From: Eledone cirrhosa
Taxonomy: Eukaryota
DNA length: 64,000 nt
Reading direction: 5' to 3'
NCBI GenBank assembly: GCA_964016885.1
Contig: OZ024752.1
Span: 34,658,001-34,722,000 of the forward strand
Shown here: piece after piece, positions 1-14,730 of the stretch
Numbering within the stretch: the first letter of the stretch is position 1
Layout of the letters: each line of letters begins with the position of its first letter
Translations under genes and position numbers: made by a program
Notes under the pieces: generated by a model
Databases searched by the model: none
What the model saw: only the letters and a program-made list of their open reading frames with translations
Told to the model about the DNA's origin: nothing

Positions 1-131
1 TATTATAAAATGCTCGGACCTATTCATTAGAATCTTGGAGCTTATTTTACGGGTGATATGGCGCATGCCTTGTGGCATGACACCCATAAGTTTGATTTAG
101 ATTAAATTCACTTTGATTTATCTTAATTTTG

Positions 132-199
<68 letters not shown>

Positions 200-609
200 T
201 TGAATTCAATTTTTCTTCGGATCTACCCCTGGGTCACCTGTTAGTTGGTGTTTTGCCCGTAAATTTTATCCAGAAAAATTTGTACCTTTTTATGGTATTT
301 AAATATATATATTTTTTTCCTGTGATTGTTTTTTTTTTCTTCTTCTTATACGAAAGTGTGACTTTTTTCTGCATTGTTTTTTTCGTTTCCAGTGATTCCA
401 TTCTCGTTCACCCAAGATAAACATACGAGTGAGCACAAGAATGAGCTTATATGTATATACCTGTATTTGTGTCTACTGAGTTCTTTAATCCACAGAACTA
501 GGTAGCCATTCTCTTCATATAATAACATCGGCTTAGTAAAGAATCTAGCGAAAGCCCTCATTACAACCACTCTATCGAAATACCGCCGGTGCGAGCAGGT
601 GCGTTCCAG

Positions 610-1085
610 CTTGTTTTCTTTCTCTCTTTCTTTCATTCTTTTTTCTTTCTTTCCTTCTTTTTCTTTCTTTCCTTTTCCCTTTCTTTCCTTCTTTCTCTTT
701 CTTTCTCTTTCTTTCTTTTTCTTTCCTTTTCTTTCCTTTTCTTTCCTTCCTTATTTTCTTTTTCTTTCTTTCCTTTCCTTCTTTCTTTCTTTTTCCTTTC
801 TTTTTCTTGCTCACTTTCTTTCCTCCTTTTTCTTTCTTTCTTTCTTTCTCTCTCTCTTTCTTTTTCCCTTTCTTTCTTCCTTCCTTTTTTTCCTTTTATT
901 TCTTTCTTTCCTTCTTTTTCTTTCTCTCTTTTTTTCTATTTCTCTTTCTTTTTTTCTCTCTTTCTTTTCCTTTTCTTTCTCCCTTTCTTTCTTTCCTTAA
1001 TCCCCTTTCACATTAAGTTACTGAGTAACTTGTACGGCAATTGACTTTCTTTTCTTTTTTCCTTTTTATCCTTTCCCCTTTCCTC
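610..1085. repeat. Polypyrimidine (TTTC/TTC/CT) low-complexity tract
   Basis: Almost only C and T; explains the F/L/S-rich and K/R/E-rich ORFs. Confidence 0.95.
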
Positions 1086-1209
1086 TCTGGTTTAGTCTCT
1101 AGACAGAAGACTGTTTGTTTCATTTCGATAATAAAGGGACACGTGAGTGCGACAATATCGAAAATACTCGTTTAACCACCTCATGTAGGAAAGGTTATCA
1201 AACTCTTCA

Positions 1210-1412
1210 AATCATCATCATCATCATCATCATCACTATCAGCAGCAGTAGCAGCATCATTGGCATCACTATCATCATCACTATTATTATTGTTGTTAGC
1301 CGGGACAGCAGCATCAGTAGCAGCAGCAGCAGTAGTAGCAGTAGTAGTAGTAGTAGTAGTGGTGGTGGTGGTGGTGGTGGTGGTGGTGGTGGTGGTGGTG
1401 GTGGTGGTGGTG

Positions 1413-1445
<33 letters not shown>

Positions 1446-1492
1446 TTGTTGTTGTAGTAGTAGTGGTAGTAGTAGTGGTAGTAGTAGTTGCT

Positions 1493-1531
<39 letters not shown>

Positions 1532-1662
1532 ATAGTAGTAGTAGTAGTGGTGGTAGTAGTGGTAGTAGTAGTAGTTGTAGTAGTGGTAGTAGTAGTAGTA
1601 GTGGTAGTAGTAGTAGTAGTAGTAGTATTGTTGTTGTAGTAGTAGTGGTAGTAGTAGTTGCT

Positions 1663-1695
<33 letters not shown>
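1210..1695. repeat. Compound trinucleotide microsatellite (CAT)n/(AGC)n/(GGT)n/(AGT)n
   Basis: Read directly. Confidence 0.95.
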
Positions 1696-2014
1696 TTTTT
1701 ATATAATCCCGGATTTGTTCTGTGTATTCAATTCATATAAAAAAATTTAACACCACCACATCTATACACACAACCCCCCCCCCCCACATATATATATATG
1801 AGTATGTGTGTGTATGTGTCTGTGTGTGTGTGTGTGTGTTTGTGAGTGTGTATTAAATTCTTTACCCACCGCCCCTTCGTTTTTATATAAATGACTTTGT
1901 TTTGTCCATTTCCACGTGTTTTTGTTACACCTACCTTTAACGTGTTTTATTGTAGGTATGAAAAAGCCCTAATCTCCCCCCCCCTCCTCTCTCATATATA
2001 TATATATATATAAT

Positions 2015-2208
2015 GATAATAATTGTTTCTACTTTAGGCACAAGGCCAGCAATTATCCAGTTCATTACTGGTACTTTATTTTATCGACCCCGTAAGGATG
2101 AAAGGCAAAGTCAACCTCGGCGGGATTTGAACTCAGATCGTAAAGGGACGTAACTATGCTGGAAAGCATGGCGTCCGACCCTCTACCGATACTGCCAATC
2201 CACCGCCT
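2015..2208 (-). mobile_element. tRNA-derived SINE (main family), full length, with target-site duplication
   Basis: Minus strand has A box TGGCAGTATCGG, B box GAGTTCAAATCC, central GCCTTTCATCCTTACGGGGTCGATAAAATAAAGTACCAG (Meta-domain-like, from memory) and tail AGAAACAATTAT; flanked on both sides by TATATAATGATAATAAT. Confidence 0.9.
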
Positions 2209-2274
2209 TATATAATGATAATAATAGTAATACAACAATGACGAATGGTTACTCCTTCATTACGTTTATTGGTT

Positions 2275-2359
2275 GGTGACGCGCGTTTCGCTATTGATCA
2301 GCTCAAGGTTCGATCTGTATCAATCTAGCCCGACTCTGCAATCAATGGCTCGTCGGACC
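2275..2359 (-). ncRNA. Type I hammerhead-like motif, CCGACGA core variant (family D)
   Basis: Minus strand: GGT-CCGACGA-GCCATTGAT...ATCAATAGC-GAAAC-GCGC-GTC-ACC; palindromic stem III ACGCGCGU. Confidence 0.6.
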
Positions 2360-2377
2360 TCTGTGGTAGTAATGACA

Positions 2378-2416
<39 letters not shown>

Positions 2417-2421
<5 letters not shown>

Positions 2422-2491
2422 TAAGGTGTGATAAAAAATCAAGTGGACCATAACCCTCCAGAGTACTCGATATTTGGGATAGTAGAGTGGG

Positions 2492-2494
<3 letters not shown>
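2417..2494 (-). mobile_element. Truncated family B element variant between (TA)n tracts
   Basis: GTGGACCATAAC...AGTACTC...TAGTAGAGTGGGTAA shared with 9711-9905 and 54759-54875. Confidence 0.7.
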
Positions 2495-2525
<31 letters not shown>

Positions 2526-3044
2526 TATTAAAAAAATAATGAATAAACAAAGAAACAGTTCCTTATATTAAACAAAAAAAGTTCATTATTTTACGATCGT
2601 TTCTAGGACATATATGTGTTAGAATTGGTATGCATATTCTATAGATCTATGTACAATATTTATACAAACTATCAGAGGGAATATACATACCTTCACATAT
2701 ATATGCTGTCTTCAGAAATAATGATGCTTGTTTATTGATAAGAACAAAGATTCAATACAATAGGTCTGTTTGGGAACAGGTTTTGAATAGACAAATGAAA
2801 TAGAGATTGAAATATATAAAAATCTATCAAGAAATATAGTTAGGTGTGTGTATATGTATGTAAATACGCTCACAGATGTGCATATATGTGTATGCACATA
2901 TGTATACGTATAGTGAAAAAGTGTGTGTAAATCTAAAATTTAGGGCAAATGTATCTGTATGTCTGTAATCTTTTCATGATATCCGGATTACATTGAGTTC
3001 TTCATACGGATTGGACACTACCGTAAACTTTTGGTAGATTTATC

Positions 3045-3108
<64 letters not shown>

Positions 3109-3236
3109 AAAGTTTTATTTAAAATTGTTGGGTTACAACAAGTAAATATTTTATAACTGATATAAAGCACTCGACAAGTTTTGGGAGTAGATATACGATA
3201 TTAAACAAATGGAAACTATATTTATAAAACCATATT

Positions 3237-3302
3237 TATTTCATTATACATATTTCAGGGATACCATATTAAAAATATGGCATGCCTTCGTCAGATAAAA
3301 TA
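3237..3302 (-). ncRNA. Type I hammerhead ribozyme (family A)
   Basis: TATTTTAT-CTGACGA-AGGCATGCCATATT/AATATGGTATCCCT-GAAA-TATGTATA-ATGAAATA. Confidence 0.75.
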
Positions 3303-3518
3303 CAATATATAAACAGTTTTATAAATAATTTTGACGTACCATAATATTAGTGACCATTAAATTAGGAGGCTGCCTTGGTAGTGAAGTGTTTATAATTATT
3401 TAGTTATAGTGTTAAGCACAGTTAGAAAAGAGACGGAGAAAAAAAGAAGAAGCTGAGGTAAAGAAAAACAGAGAGAGAGAGGGGAGAGAGAAAGAAGTAG
3501 TAGTAGTAGTAGTAGTTT

Positions 3519-3557
<39 letters not shown>

Positions 3558-3638
3558 TTGTACCAAGGCAGCCTCCTAATTTAATGGTCGCTAATATTAT
3601 GGTACGTCAAAATTATTTATAAAACTGTTTATATATTG

Positions 3639-3704
3639 TATTTTATCTGACGAAGGCATGCCATATTTTTAATATGGTATCCCTGAAATATGTATAATGA
3701 AATA
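3639..3704 (+). ncRNA. Type I hammerhead ribozyme (family A, inverted copy)
   Basis: Same motif on +: CTGACGA 3647-3653, GAAA 3685-3688, 8-bp stem I. Confidence 0.75.
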
Positions 3705-3951
3705 AATATGGTTTTATAAATATAGTTTCCATTACGTTCCGAGTTCAACTTCCGTCTGAGGTGTCTTTACATTTCCTCCTTCTGTTGAGAAGGAATTATA
3801 AAGTACAAATCAAATACTGCAGTCGGCTATTTATCCCTCCCCTTTTACAGTTTATGACCTTCAAACTCGGTTAGAAATCCTTACAATTGGCAGAATGTTT
3901 AGCATAATCGACAAAATCTAATGTCTAAAGCATGTCTGGAGCCCTGGGGTT

Positions 3952-4645
3952 CATCAGGCAGTGTTTATCCCGGTTTCCGTGGCATTCAGTGACTGAGATT
4001 ACAAGACTTTCCCCTGGACAGTCCATCACAGGGTTAAAGTCTGTCTCTAACCTGGAGGCTCATCAGGCGATGTTTATCTCGGTTTCCGTGGCATTAAGTG
4101 ACTGAGATTACAAGACTTTCCCCTGGACGGGACGACAGTCCATCACAGGGTTAAAGTCTGTCTCTAACCTGGAGGCTCATCAGGCGATGTTTATCTCGGT
4201 TTCCGTGGCATTAAGTGACTGAGATTACAAGACTTTCCCCTGGACGGGACGACAGTCCATCACAGGGTTAAAGTCTGTCTCTAACCTGGAGGCTCATCAG
4301 GCGATGTTTATCTCGGTTTCCGTGGCATAAAGTGACTGAGATTACAAGACTTTCCCCTGGACGGGACGACAGTCCATCACAGGCTTAAAGTCTGTCTCTA
4401 ACCTGGAGGCTCATCAGGCGATGTTTATCTCGGTTTCCGTGGCATTAAGTGACTGAGATTACAAGACTTTCCCCTGGACGGGACGACAGTCCATCACAGG
4501 GTTAAAGTCTGTCTCTAACCTGGAGGCTCATCAGGCGATGTTTATCTCGGTTTCCGTGGCATTAAGTGACTGAGATTACAAGACTTTCCCCTGGACGGGA
4601 CGACAGTCCATCACAGGCTTAAAGTCTGTCTCTAACCTGGAGGAT
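3952..4645. repeat. 117-bp minisatellite (~6 units) derived from the 3' part of the adjacent SINE
   Basis: Units start at 4061, 4178, 4295, 4412, 4529 and 4646, plus a shorter first unit. Confidence 0.9.
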
Positions 4646-4850
4646 CATCAGGCGATGTTTATCCCGGTTTCCGTGGCGTGAAACGACTGAGTACCGGACT
4701 CCTACTCTGGTCAGGACGTCCCTCCCTCGCAGGGTTAAATCCCCCAGCTATTGCTGGTACTCTTTTCCAGCAACGTGAAGTGTTTTGCTCAAGAACACAA
4801 CACACAACCCAGTCCAGGTATCGAAACCACGACATTATGATCACAAGCCT
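4646..4850 (-). mobile_element. tRNA-derived SINE with CORE-like segment and Deu/Nin-like 3' part
   Basis: Minus strand GGTTTCGATACC B box followed by GTGTTCTTGAGCAAAACACTT. Confidence 0.65.
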
Positions 4851-5044
4851 CCACAGCGGACAAAATATTTACTATAGTTGCAAAGACTTTCTACTCTTTC
4901 AGTTCAAATTATGCCAAGTTTAACTTTTCTGTTTTTTCTTCCTGGGTTGATAAAACAAAATACCAGTCAAATACTGGGGTTGGTTTAACAGATTTTACTC
5001 TCCTCTGAAAACATCGTTGGCTTTATTTCTATATCAGAAACCAC

Positions 5045-5580
5045 AGACGCCATGCTTTCCAGCATAGTTACGTCCCTTTACGATCTGAGTTCAAATCCCG
5101 CCGAGGTTGACTTTGCCTTTCATCCTTACGGGGTCGATAAAATAAAGTACCAGTAATGCACTGGGTAATTGCTGGCCTTGTGCCTAAAGTAGAAACAATT
5201 ATTGCTATTATTTTCAACGAAACATCGCTGAGGTTAACTTTGCCTTTCATCCTTACGGCGTCGATAAAATAAAGTACCCGTAGTGTACTGGGGTCGATTG
5301 AATCGATTTTCCCCTCTCCCAAAATTGCAGGCCTTGTGCCTATATAAGAAACCATTATTGAGGGCAGTGGATTGGCAGTATCGGTGGAGGGCCGGACGCC
5401 ATGCTTTGCAGCATAGAGTTACGGTCCTTTACAGACTGAGTTCAAATCCCGCCGAGGTTAACTTTGCCTTTCATCCTTACGGGGTCGATAAAATAAAGCA
5501 CCAGTAATGTACTGGGGTCGATTGAATCGATTTTCCCCTCCCCCAAAATTGCAGGACTTGTGCCTATATAAGAAACCATT
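5045..5580 (+). mobile_element. Cluster of three main-family SINE copies or fragments
   Basis: Repeated B box, central domain and GGCCTTGTGCCTA tail. Confidence 0.9.
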
Positions 5581-5757
5581 ATGTTCAACGAAACAGCAGG
5601 CTATGTTGCGAGTCTCCTGCTTTATTCGTCTCATAAAGGTAAAAAAAAAAGTGAAGCATTTTTGGCATACTTTCAGTTGGACTGAACCCGAAACCAAGCG
5701 AACCCCTTAACCATACAGTCATGCCTGTTCCTTTCTTTAACTTTCACACACAGATGA

Positions 5758-5837
<80 letters not shown>

Positions 5838-6419
5838 CCTATTTCCCCTTCCCACCAGACCTGCATTGCTTCAAACAAACAGAAACCTCAATGTACAGCC
5901 GCCCTCGCCAATAATGACTTGATAACCTAGTAACATTTAATAGCACCAAGGCACACTCAAAGTAACAGTATGGCTTCATATATATCTTCACTACATATTT
6001 ACAACATACAACTAAAACTTACAAACGCTTTACAGATGTTAATCCCTGTTTTCTTTCATGAATATTTTCATGACGATCTCATTTACAAATCACATTGTCA
6101 GATCTTCATTCCAGAAACAGGACTTTTCAAGGCCAGAAAAAATATTTCTGACCTGATCAGTACCGCATTTTAGTGTTGTCCTTATATCTAGAAAGGCATT
6201 CTGCTACAACAGTAGCAGTAGCAGCAGTAGTAACAGTAGTAGCAGCAGTAGCAACAGAAGCAGCACAGCAACAGTAGTAGGAATAATATCAGCAGCCAGT
6301 GCTGGACTTACCTATAAGCTAAATAAGGTATAATTAGGGGGTGAAACACACCCTCGGGGGGGGAGAGACGGGGAAGGGCTCATTTTTAAAACTACATATC
6401 ATTAGTTTTTATTCTTTAT

Positions 6420-6560
6420 TCTTATTTTATCGACTCCGTTAGGATGAAAGGCAAAGCTAACCTCGGCGGGATTTGAAGTCAGATCATAAAGGGCCGTAAC
6501 TCTATGCTGGAAAGCATGGCGTCCGACCGACCCTCTACCGATACTGCCAATCCACCGCCC
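6420..6560 (-). mobile_element. Main-family SINE, 3'-truncated
   Basis: Head and central domain on minus strand. Confidence 0.85.
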
Positions 6561-7159
6561 TTGTAAAGTATGAAATAATGAAATTGTCAACTGAAAGTAT
6601 TTGGAAGGGAGAAAGAAATTACTAGAAGATATTTTTTAAAGGAAAAAAATCAACAAATACGAAATAAAACACTTAAATCAGCCTGTGACTGTTTTATGAA
6701 GGAGGACTTTTTAAAGCTATTTGATAGCTGGGTAGGTCGTAAAGTGCTAATTTGATAACGTTGACTCCACAACACAAACACATATGTTCGAGGGAATTTT
6801 GCTATTGAATTCCGACTATGATGGGGTCTTTTGTTGAGGTTTTAGTGGATCCTATTTAAATCTCAGTTGAACTGGGACGCTTGGATGAACTGGACAGACA
6901 TCTGTCAGACTTAATCATCCTTCTGCTTTATATTACTTTCATCTTTTCTGTTCTGCTTCAACGGTATATTTTCTTTATGTCTAAAGCAGTTTGGTTGTTG
7001 AGTCGATTTTGTCAAACTTTTGCTAATAGACTCACTGTCCGCGTATCGATAGATAACAAACCTTTCAGCTAATACAACCGTGAATTATCTTTGGTTTATT
7101 TTAAACAAGATAAAGAAAGACATTTTTCTCCACATTTCTTTTCTCCTCTATATTTTTTA

Positions 7160-7430
7160 TTACCTTTCTATACATTATTTTACAAATTTCCCTACCTCGA
7201 TTGCAAACAAATGTTTCTGTATTTTTCTTACCGTTCATCCAAAGTCATTCGTATCACACTATTGCCTTGTCAGAAATCACCAAAACTACAAGCATTACCT
7301 TTTCTATACATACTTTTACAAATTTCCCTACCTCGATTGCAAGCAAACGTTTGTGTATTTTACATCCAAAATCATTCGTATTGATCTATTGCCATGTCAG
7401 AAGTCACCAATACTACAAACCTTATAAACA
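7160..7430. repeat. ~136-bp tandem duplication (2 units)
   Basis: TACAAATTTCCCTACCTCGATTGCAA at 7181 and 7317. Confidence 0.85.
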
Positions 7431-7659
7431 ATCACATCAGATCGATAGATTGGTGAAATCGTTTGAGCACTAGATAAAATATTTTGTGGCATTTGTTCCA
7501 TATCTCGTTACGTTCTGAGTTCAAATCCCACCGAAGTCAACTTTACCTTTCATGCTTCTGGAATAAATAAAGTACCAGGTAAAATATTGTACTCAATATA
7601 AACGACGTTCCCCTTTGAATTACTGATCTTACCCATAGATTTTTTTTTTTTTTTAATTT

Positions 7660-7878
7660 GTGGAAGCGATCGACAAGATCCCAGACCTTATTCGAACCAA
7701 GGAAACAATGTTTCCATTGCTGATACTTTTATTATCTACCGGTCGCAACTCCTGACTGAAAGAACAACATAAAACAAATAAAGTGTTTTGCTGAAGGACA
7801 TAACGCATTGCCCGGTCAGGAATCGAACTCGCAACCTCACGATTGCGAGGTCGATTCTGTAACCACAAAGCCACGCAC
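7660..7878 (-). mobile_element. CORE-type tRNA SINE
   Basis: TGGCTTTGTGG A box, GAGTTCGATTCC B box, TGTCCTTCAGCAAAACACTT; related to 9218-9385 and 39731-39880. Confidence 0.75.
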
Positions 7879-7884
7879 CAAGAT

Positions 7885-8640
7885 TGATTTCTTGTATAGG
7901 CACAAGGTCAGTAATTTGGGGAGAGAGGAAAGTCGATTAAATCGACCCCAGGCAAAGTTAACCTCAGCGGGATTTGAACTCAGACCATAAAGGGCCGTAA
8001 CTCTATGTTGCAAAACATGGTGTCCGACTCTCTACCAATAATGTCAATCCACCGCCCTAATATAGGACAAAATAATGGTTTCTTATATAGACACAAGGCC
8101 AGTAATTTGGGGGGAAGGGGAAAGGCCATAACTCTATGCTGCAAAGCATGATGTCTGACGCTCTACTGATCTGCCAATCTACCGCCCTTGACTAATGAAA
8201 ATAATTGTTTCTATTTTTGACACAAGGCCAGCAATTATCTCAGTACATTACTGGTACTTTATTTTATCAACCCTGTAAGGATGAAAAGCAAAGTTAACCT
8301 CGGCGGGATTTGAACTCAGACCGTAAAGGACCGTAACTCTATGCTGCAAAGCATGGCGTCCGACCCTCTACCGATACTGCTAGTACACACCAAGATTAGA
8401 AACCATTATAACCAACTACAGGGCGGTAGATTGGCAGTATCGGAAGAGGGTCGGACGCCATGCTTTGCAGCAAAGAGTTACAGCCCTTTATGGTCAGAGT
8501 TCAAATCCCGCCGAGGTTAACATTGCCTTTCATCCTTACGGGGTTTGATAAAATAAAGTACCAGTCACGCAACTGGGGTCGATTTAATCGACTTTCCCTT
8601 CCCTCCAAATTGCTGGCCTTGTGCCTATATAAGAAACAAT
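7885..8640. mobile_element. Main-family SINE cluster (minus 7885-8380; plus 8421-8638 with 16-bp TSD)
   Basis: ATTATAACCAACTACA at 8405-8420 and 8639-8654. Confidence 0.9.
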
Positions 8641-9054
8641 TATAACCAACTACATCAAACCCACTTTCTCTATTCACTTTCTGTCACTGTCAAGATTACT
8701 TACCCCCCCGTCCAAGCCACATCGTTCCTTTCTCTATTATGTCCCTTCTCTCTATTATAACTTTTAAACTAAACTCCTTATCACTGATTTCATCTCAAAG
8801 TCATTTATTTATTGGTCGCTCAACTCTGTTGATTCAAATCATTCTTCCTAGAGAGATTACTATCAAATCAGCCGACCGTGACGGAGTACTATTAACTTCA
8901 AGGGTCCATTAACATCCCCAGATACATGATAGCCTCGCCTACAATGTCTGATACGTAACAATCGATACGTTCGATTCATTCATAGATTTGGTTTTCTTAA
9001 TAAACCTCCAAACACAATGCCTTACACACATACTCACGCGCGCACACACGCACG

Positions 9055-9095
<41 letters not shown>

Positions 9096-9217
9096 ACACA
9101 CACACACACGCGCATATATACATACATACATAAACATTTCATGTATGTATATATTTACATATAAATATACATATAAATATATATATACACACACACATGC
9201 ACACACATATATATAGG

Positions 9218-9385
9218 ATTCGATCGACTTTCGTCAAATCGGACCGAGGAAACAATGTTTCCGCTGGTCTTTCCAATTGCTAATACTATCTATCGGTCGC
9301 AACTCCAGGCAGAAGGAGCAACGTGAAATAAAGTGTCTTGCTCAAGGACATAACGCATCGCCCGGTCCGGGAATATAACTCACAT
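9218..9385 (-). mobile_element. CORE-type SINE fragment
   Basis: TGTCCTTGAGCAAGACACTT on minus strand. Confidence 0.75.
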
Positions 9386-9414
9386 ATATATATAATTTTA
9401 ATTATTTAATTAGC

Positions 9415-9446
<32 letters not shown>

Positions 9447-9450
9447 TATT

Positions 9451-9643
9451 TAATATATAGAAATGGCTTCTACAGGACTAGAACTGTTTCATTCGAAGGA
9501 AATCACCAGGAAAGCTTTCCTAGTGAATTCCTTCGAATGAAACAGTTCTAGTCCTGTAGAAGCCATTTCTATGTATTAAATATTTATACTCTGCTATGTA
9601 TTGAGTACCTTACTTACTGTGGTTACCCCTGATTGCACCTGGG

Positions 9644-9645
<2 letters not shown>
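9451..9645 (+). mobile_element. Family C HHR element with spacerless 5' fold-back (palindrome 9451-9578) and (CA)n tail
   Basis: Palindrome centred on AAAGCTTT; arms read TTTC-CT(A/G)GTGA-(A/T)TTC-CTTC-GAAT-GAAAC-AG-loop-CT-GTA-GAAG; related copies at 32760-32805, 36870-37035 and 49306-49432. Confidence 0.7.
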
Positions 9646-11230
<1,585 letters not shown>

Positions 11231-11244
11231 TAGTATGAGAGAGA

Positions 11245-11336
<92 letters not shown>

Positions 11337-11870
11337 ACGATAATGTCCGCAGATAGTTCAACCATCTTTCTTGAAAGATCGTCACTATGATAACATTCTT
11401 AAAATCTACTCTTCTAGATATTTACTTTTTACTCAGATCAGGTCAATCAGAAGTCTCAGCCACCACCAAAATAAATGTTATCAAGGCCAAAGACTTTGCC
11501 CAGCTTTATATTTTACAGACCAGAAGTCGCCCTCCCAATATCAATAATATTTGCAAGACCAATAGACTAAAGAGTCGGTAGAGCGATAAATCCAATGCAG
11601 TGTTTAATTATACACCACGTGGAATTTGTAGATTAGCATTTCAAATCTTAATCTGTCGTCCCCGCCAAATATTTCAAGCCGTGTTCCTACCTTTGAATTC
11701 AATATGTGTACGCCTATATTTATACATTTCGTTTCAGATAAAAGTGTAAATAATTATTCGCTGCTCATTCTTAGATGAACAATAACGGGCGAATATTCCT
11801 TATAACCTCGTCAATATATACTCACTCCCACACAGACGCGTATATATATATATATATATATACACACACA

Positions 11871-11928
<58 letters not shown>

Positions 11929-11999
11929 GCACAGATTAAAGTTTAAGCAAAGAATCGGTGCTTTCATATATATGTATATATATATATAATATATACATA

Positions 12000-12137
12000 T
12001 ACAGGGTGTCCCAAAAAATGTATACACACTTCAACAGTATTCTAATCAAAGTGTGCATACATTTTTGGGGGACATCCTGTATATATATATATATATACAG
12101 GATGTCCCCCAAAAATGTATGCACACTTTATCGCTGC

Positions 12138-12183
<46 letters not shown>

Positions 12184-12255
12184 GGTGTCCCCAAAAATGT
12201 ATACACACTTCAACAGTATTCTAATCAAAGTGTGCATATATTTTTGGGGGACATC

Positions 12256-12260
<5 letters not shown>
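12000..12260. mobile_element. ~78-bp Tc1/mariner-type mini-MITEs in (TA)n (two full copies, one half)
   Basis: TA-CAGGGTGTCCC...GGGACATCCTG-TA with ~30-bp TIRs. Confidence 0.75.
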
Positions 12261-12301
<41 letters not shown>

Positions 12302-12466
12302 CCATATATACACATGCCCATAATTACATTTACACGCCCTACATAAATACATACATACGCACATACATTATAAATATATATACACACACGCGCGCATATA
12401 CATATATTATATGCATGTATGTATGTAGATGTATGAATGTCTATGTATATCTGTGTGTGTATACCC

Positions 12467-12574
<108 letters not shown>

Positions 12575-12761
12575 ATTTGTGTGTGTACTAGAGAAAGAAT
12601 GTTTATTCTATTGTAATTTTATTTGTCTACGAATTATGGATCTTCCTTTCAGCTGTATCTCTCCACGTATATTCTGTGCTTTCAACACACCCTAAGTTTG
12701 CAACTCAATCAAAGGTAACGTTGGCGTGTAGGGGTGATATCAAATGCTAGTTAAGAGGCTA

Positions 12762-13441
<680 letters not shown>

Positions 13442-13637
13442 GAGTAAGTTCGAGAAATACTGTTTTTCGTGACATTGTTACATCACCAATGAAAAACTCG
13501 TCAAACCGCCATTTGCAAATATGGCTTCCGAATCGGATGACAATATGTTTTTGTAAGCAATGAACAGCAAGAACAGGAAATTGCATTCTTAAATGAAGCA
13601 CATCTGCCGTTAAGGAATAAAAATATCGCAAAAATTC

Positions 13638-14443
13638 ACAACCACCGCCGCCACCATCATCACCTTTACCACCACCACCACCACCACCTCCACCACCACC
13701 ACCACAGCCACAACCACCGCTACCATCATCACCATTAATACCTCCACCACCACCACTACAACAACCATAAACAACACCACCATCATCACCTTTACTACCT
13801 CCACCACCACCACCACCACCACCACCTCCACCACCACAGCCATAACCACCGCTACCATCATCACCATTAATACCTCCACCACCACCACCACCACTACAAC
13901 AACCATAAACACCACCACCATCATCACCTTTACCACCTCCACCACCACCACCACCACCACCACCACAGCCATAACCACCGCCACCATCATCACCTTTACC
14001 ACCACCACCACCACCACCACCACAGCCATAACCACCGCCACCATCATCACCTTTACCACCTCCACCACCACCACCACCACCACCACAGCCACAACCACCG
14101 CTACCATCATCAACATTAATACTTCCACCACCAGCAGCACCACTACAACAACCATACACAACACCACCATCATCACTTTTACCACCTTCACCAACACCAC
14201 CACCACCACAGCCATAACCACCGCCACCATCATCACCTTTACCACCTCCACCACCACCACCGCTACCATCATCACCACCACCACCACTGCCACCACCACC
14301 ACCACCTCCATCATCATCACCTCCTCCACCATCCCCACCACCACCACCGCCACCTCCATCATCATCTCCTCCCCCACCATCCCCACCACCACCACCGCCA
14401 CCACCACCACCACCACCATCATCATCATCACCTCCCCCACCAT
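13638..14443. repeat. (CCA)n-derived compound minisatellite with higher-order units
   Basis: Recurring CCATCATCACCTTTACC and CAGCCATAACCACCG blocks. Confidence 0.9.
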
Positions 14444-14630
14444 CGTGCGTGTGTGTGAACAGCTGAAGGAAGACATCGCACGTATGTTGATAGAGGGGGG
14501 GGGGAGAAGGAAATACCATTTTTTTTTTTTTTAGAGGAAGACAGACAGATAACTAAAGAGACAATGATTATGTTGTTGAAATAACGAAAGAAAGAGAGAC
14601 GGTATTATGTAGAATAGTTGGGTAGATGGA

Positions 14631-14689
<59 letters not shown>

Positions 14690-14730
14690 GAAAATATAGG
14701 AGTTGACGGAAAACATAGATAGATAGATAT

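Larger units (their letters stand above)
3105..3733. mobile_element. Penelope-like (pLTR-type) element, family A, with ~170-bp inverted arms (3209-3380 / 3561-3733)
   Basis: Near-perfect inverted repeat, each arm carrying an HHR; one end abuts (TA)n; related copies at 32480-32745 and 33172-33410. Confidence 0.7.
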
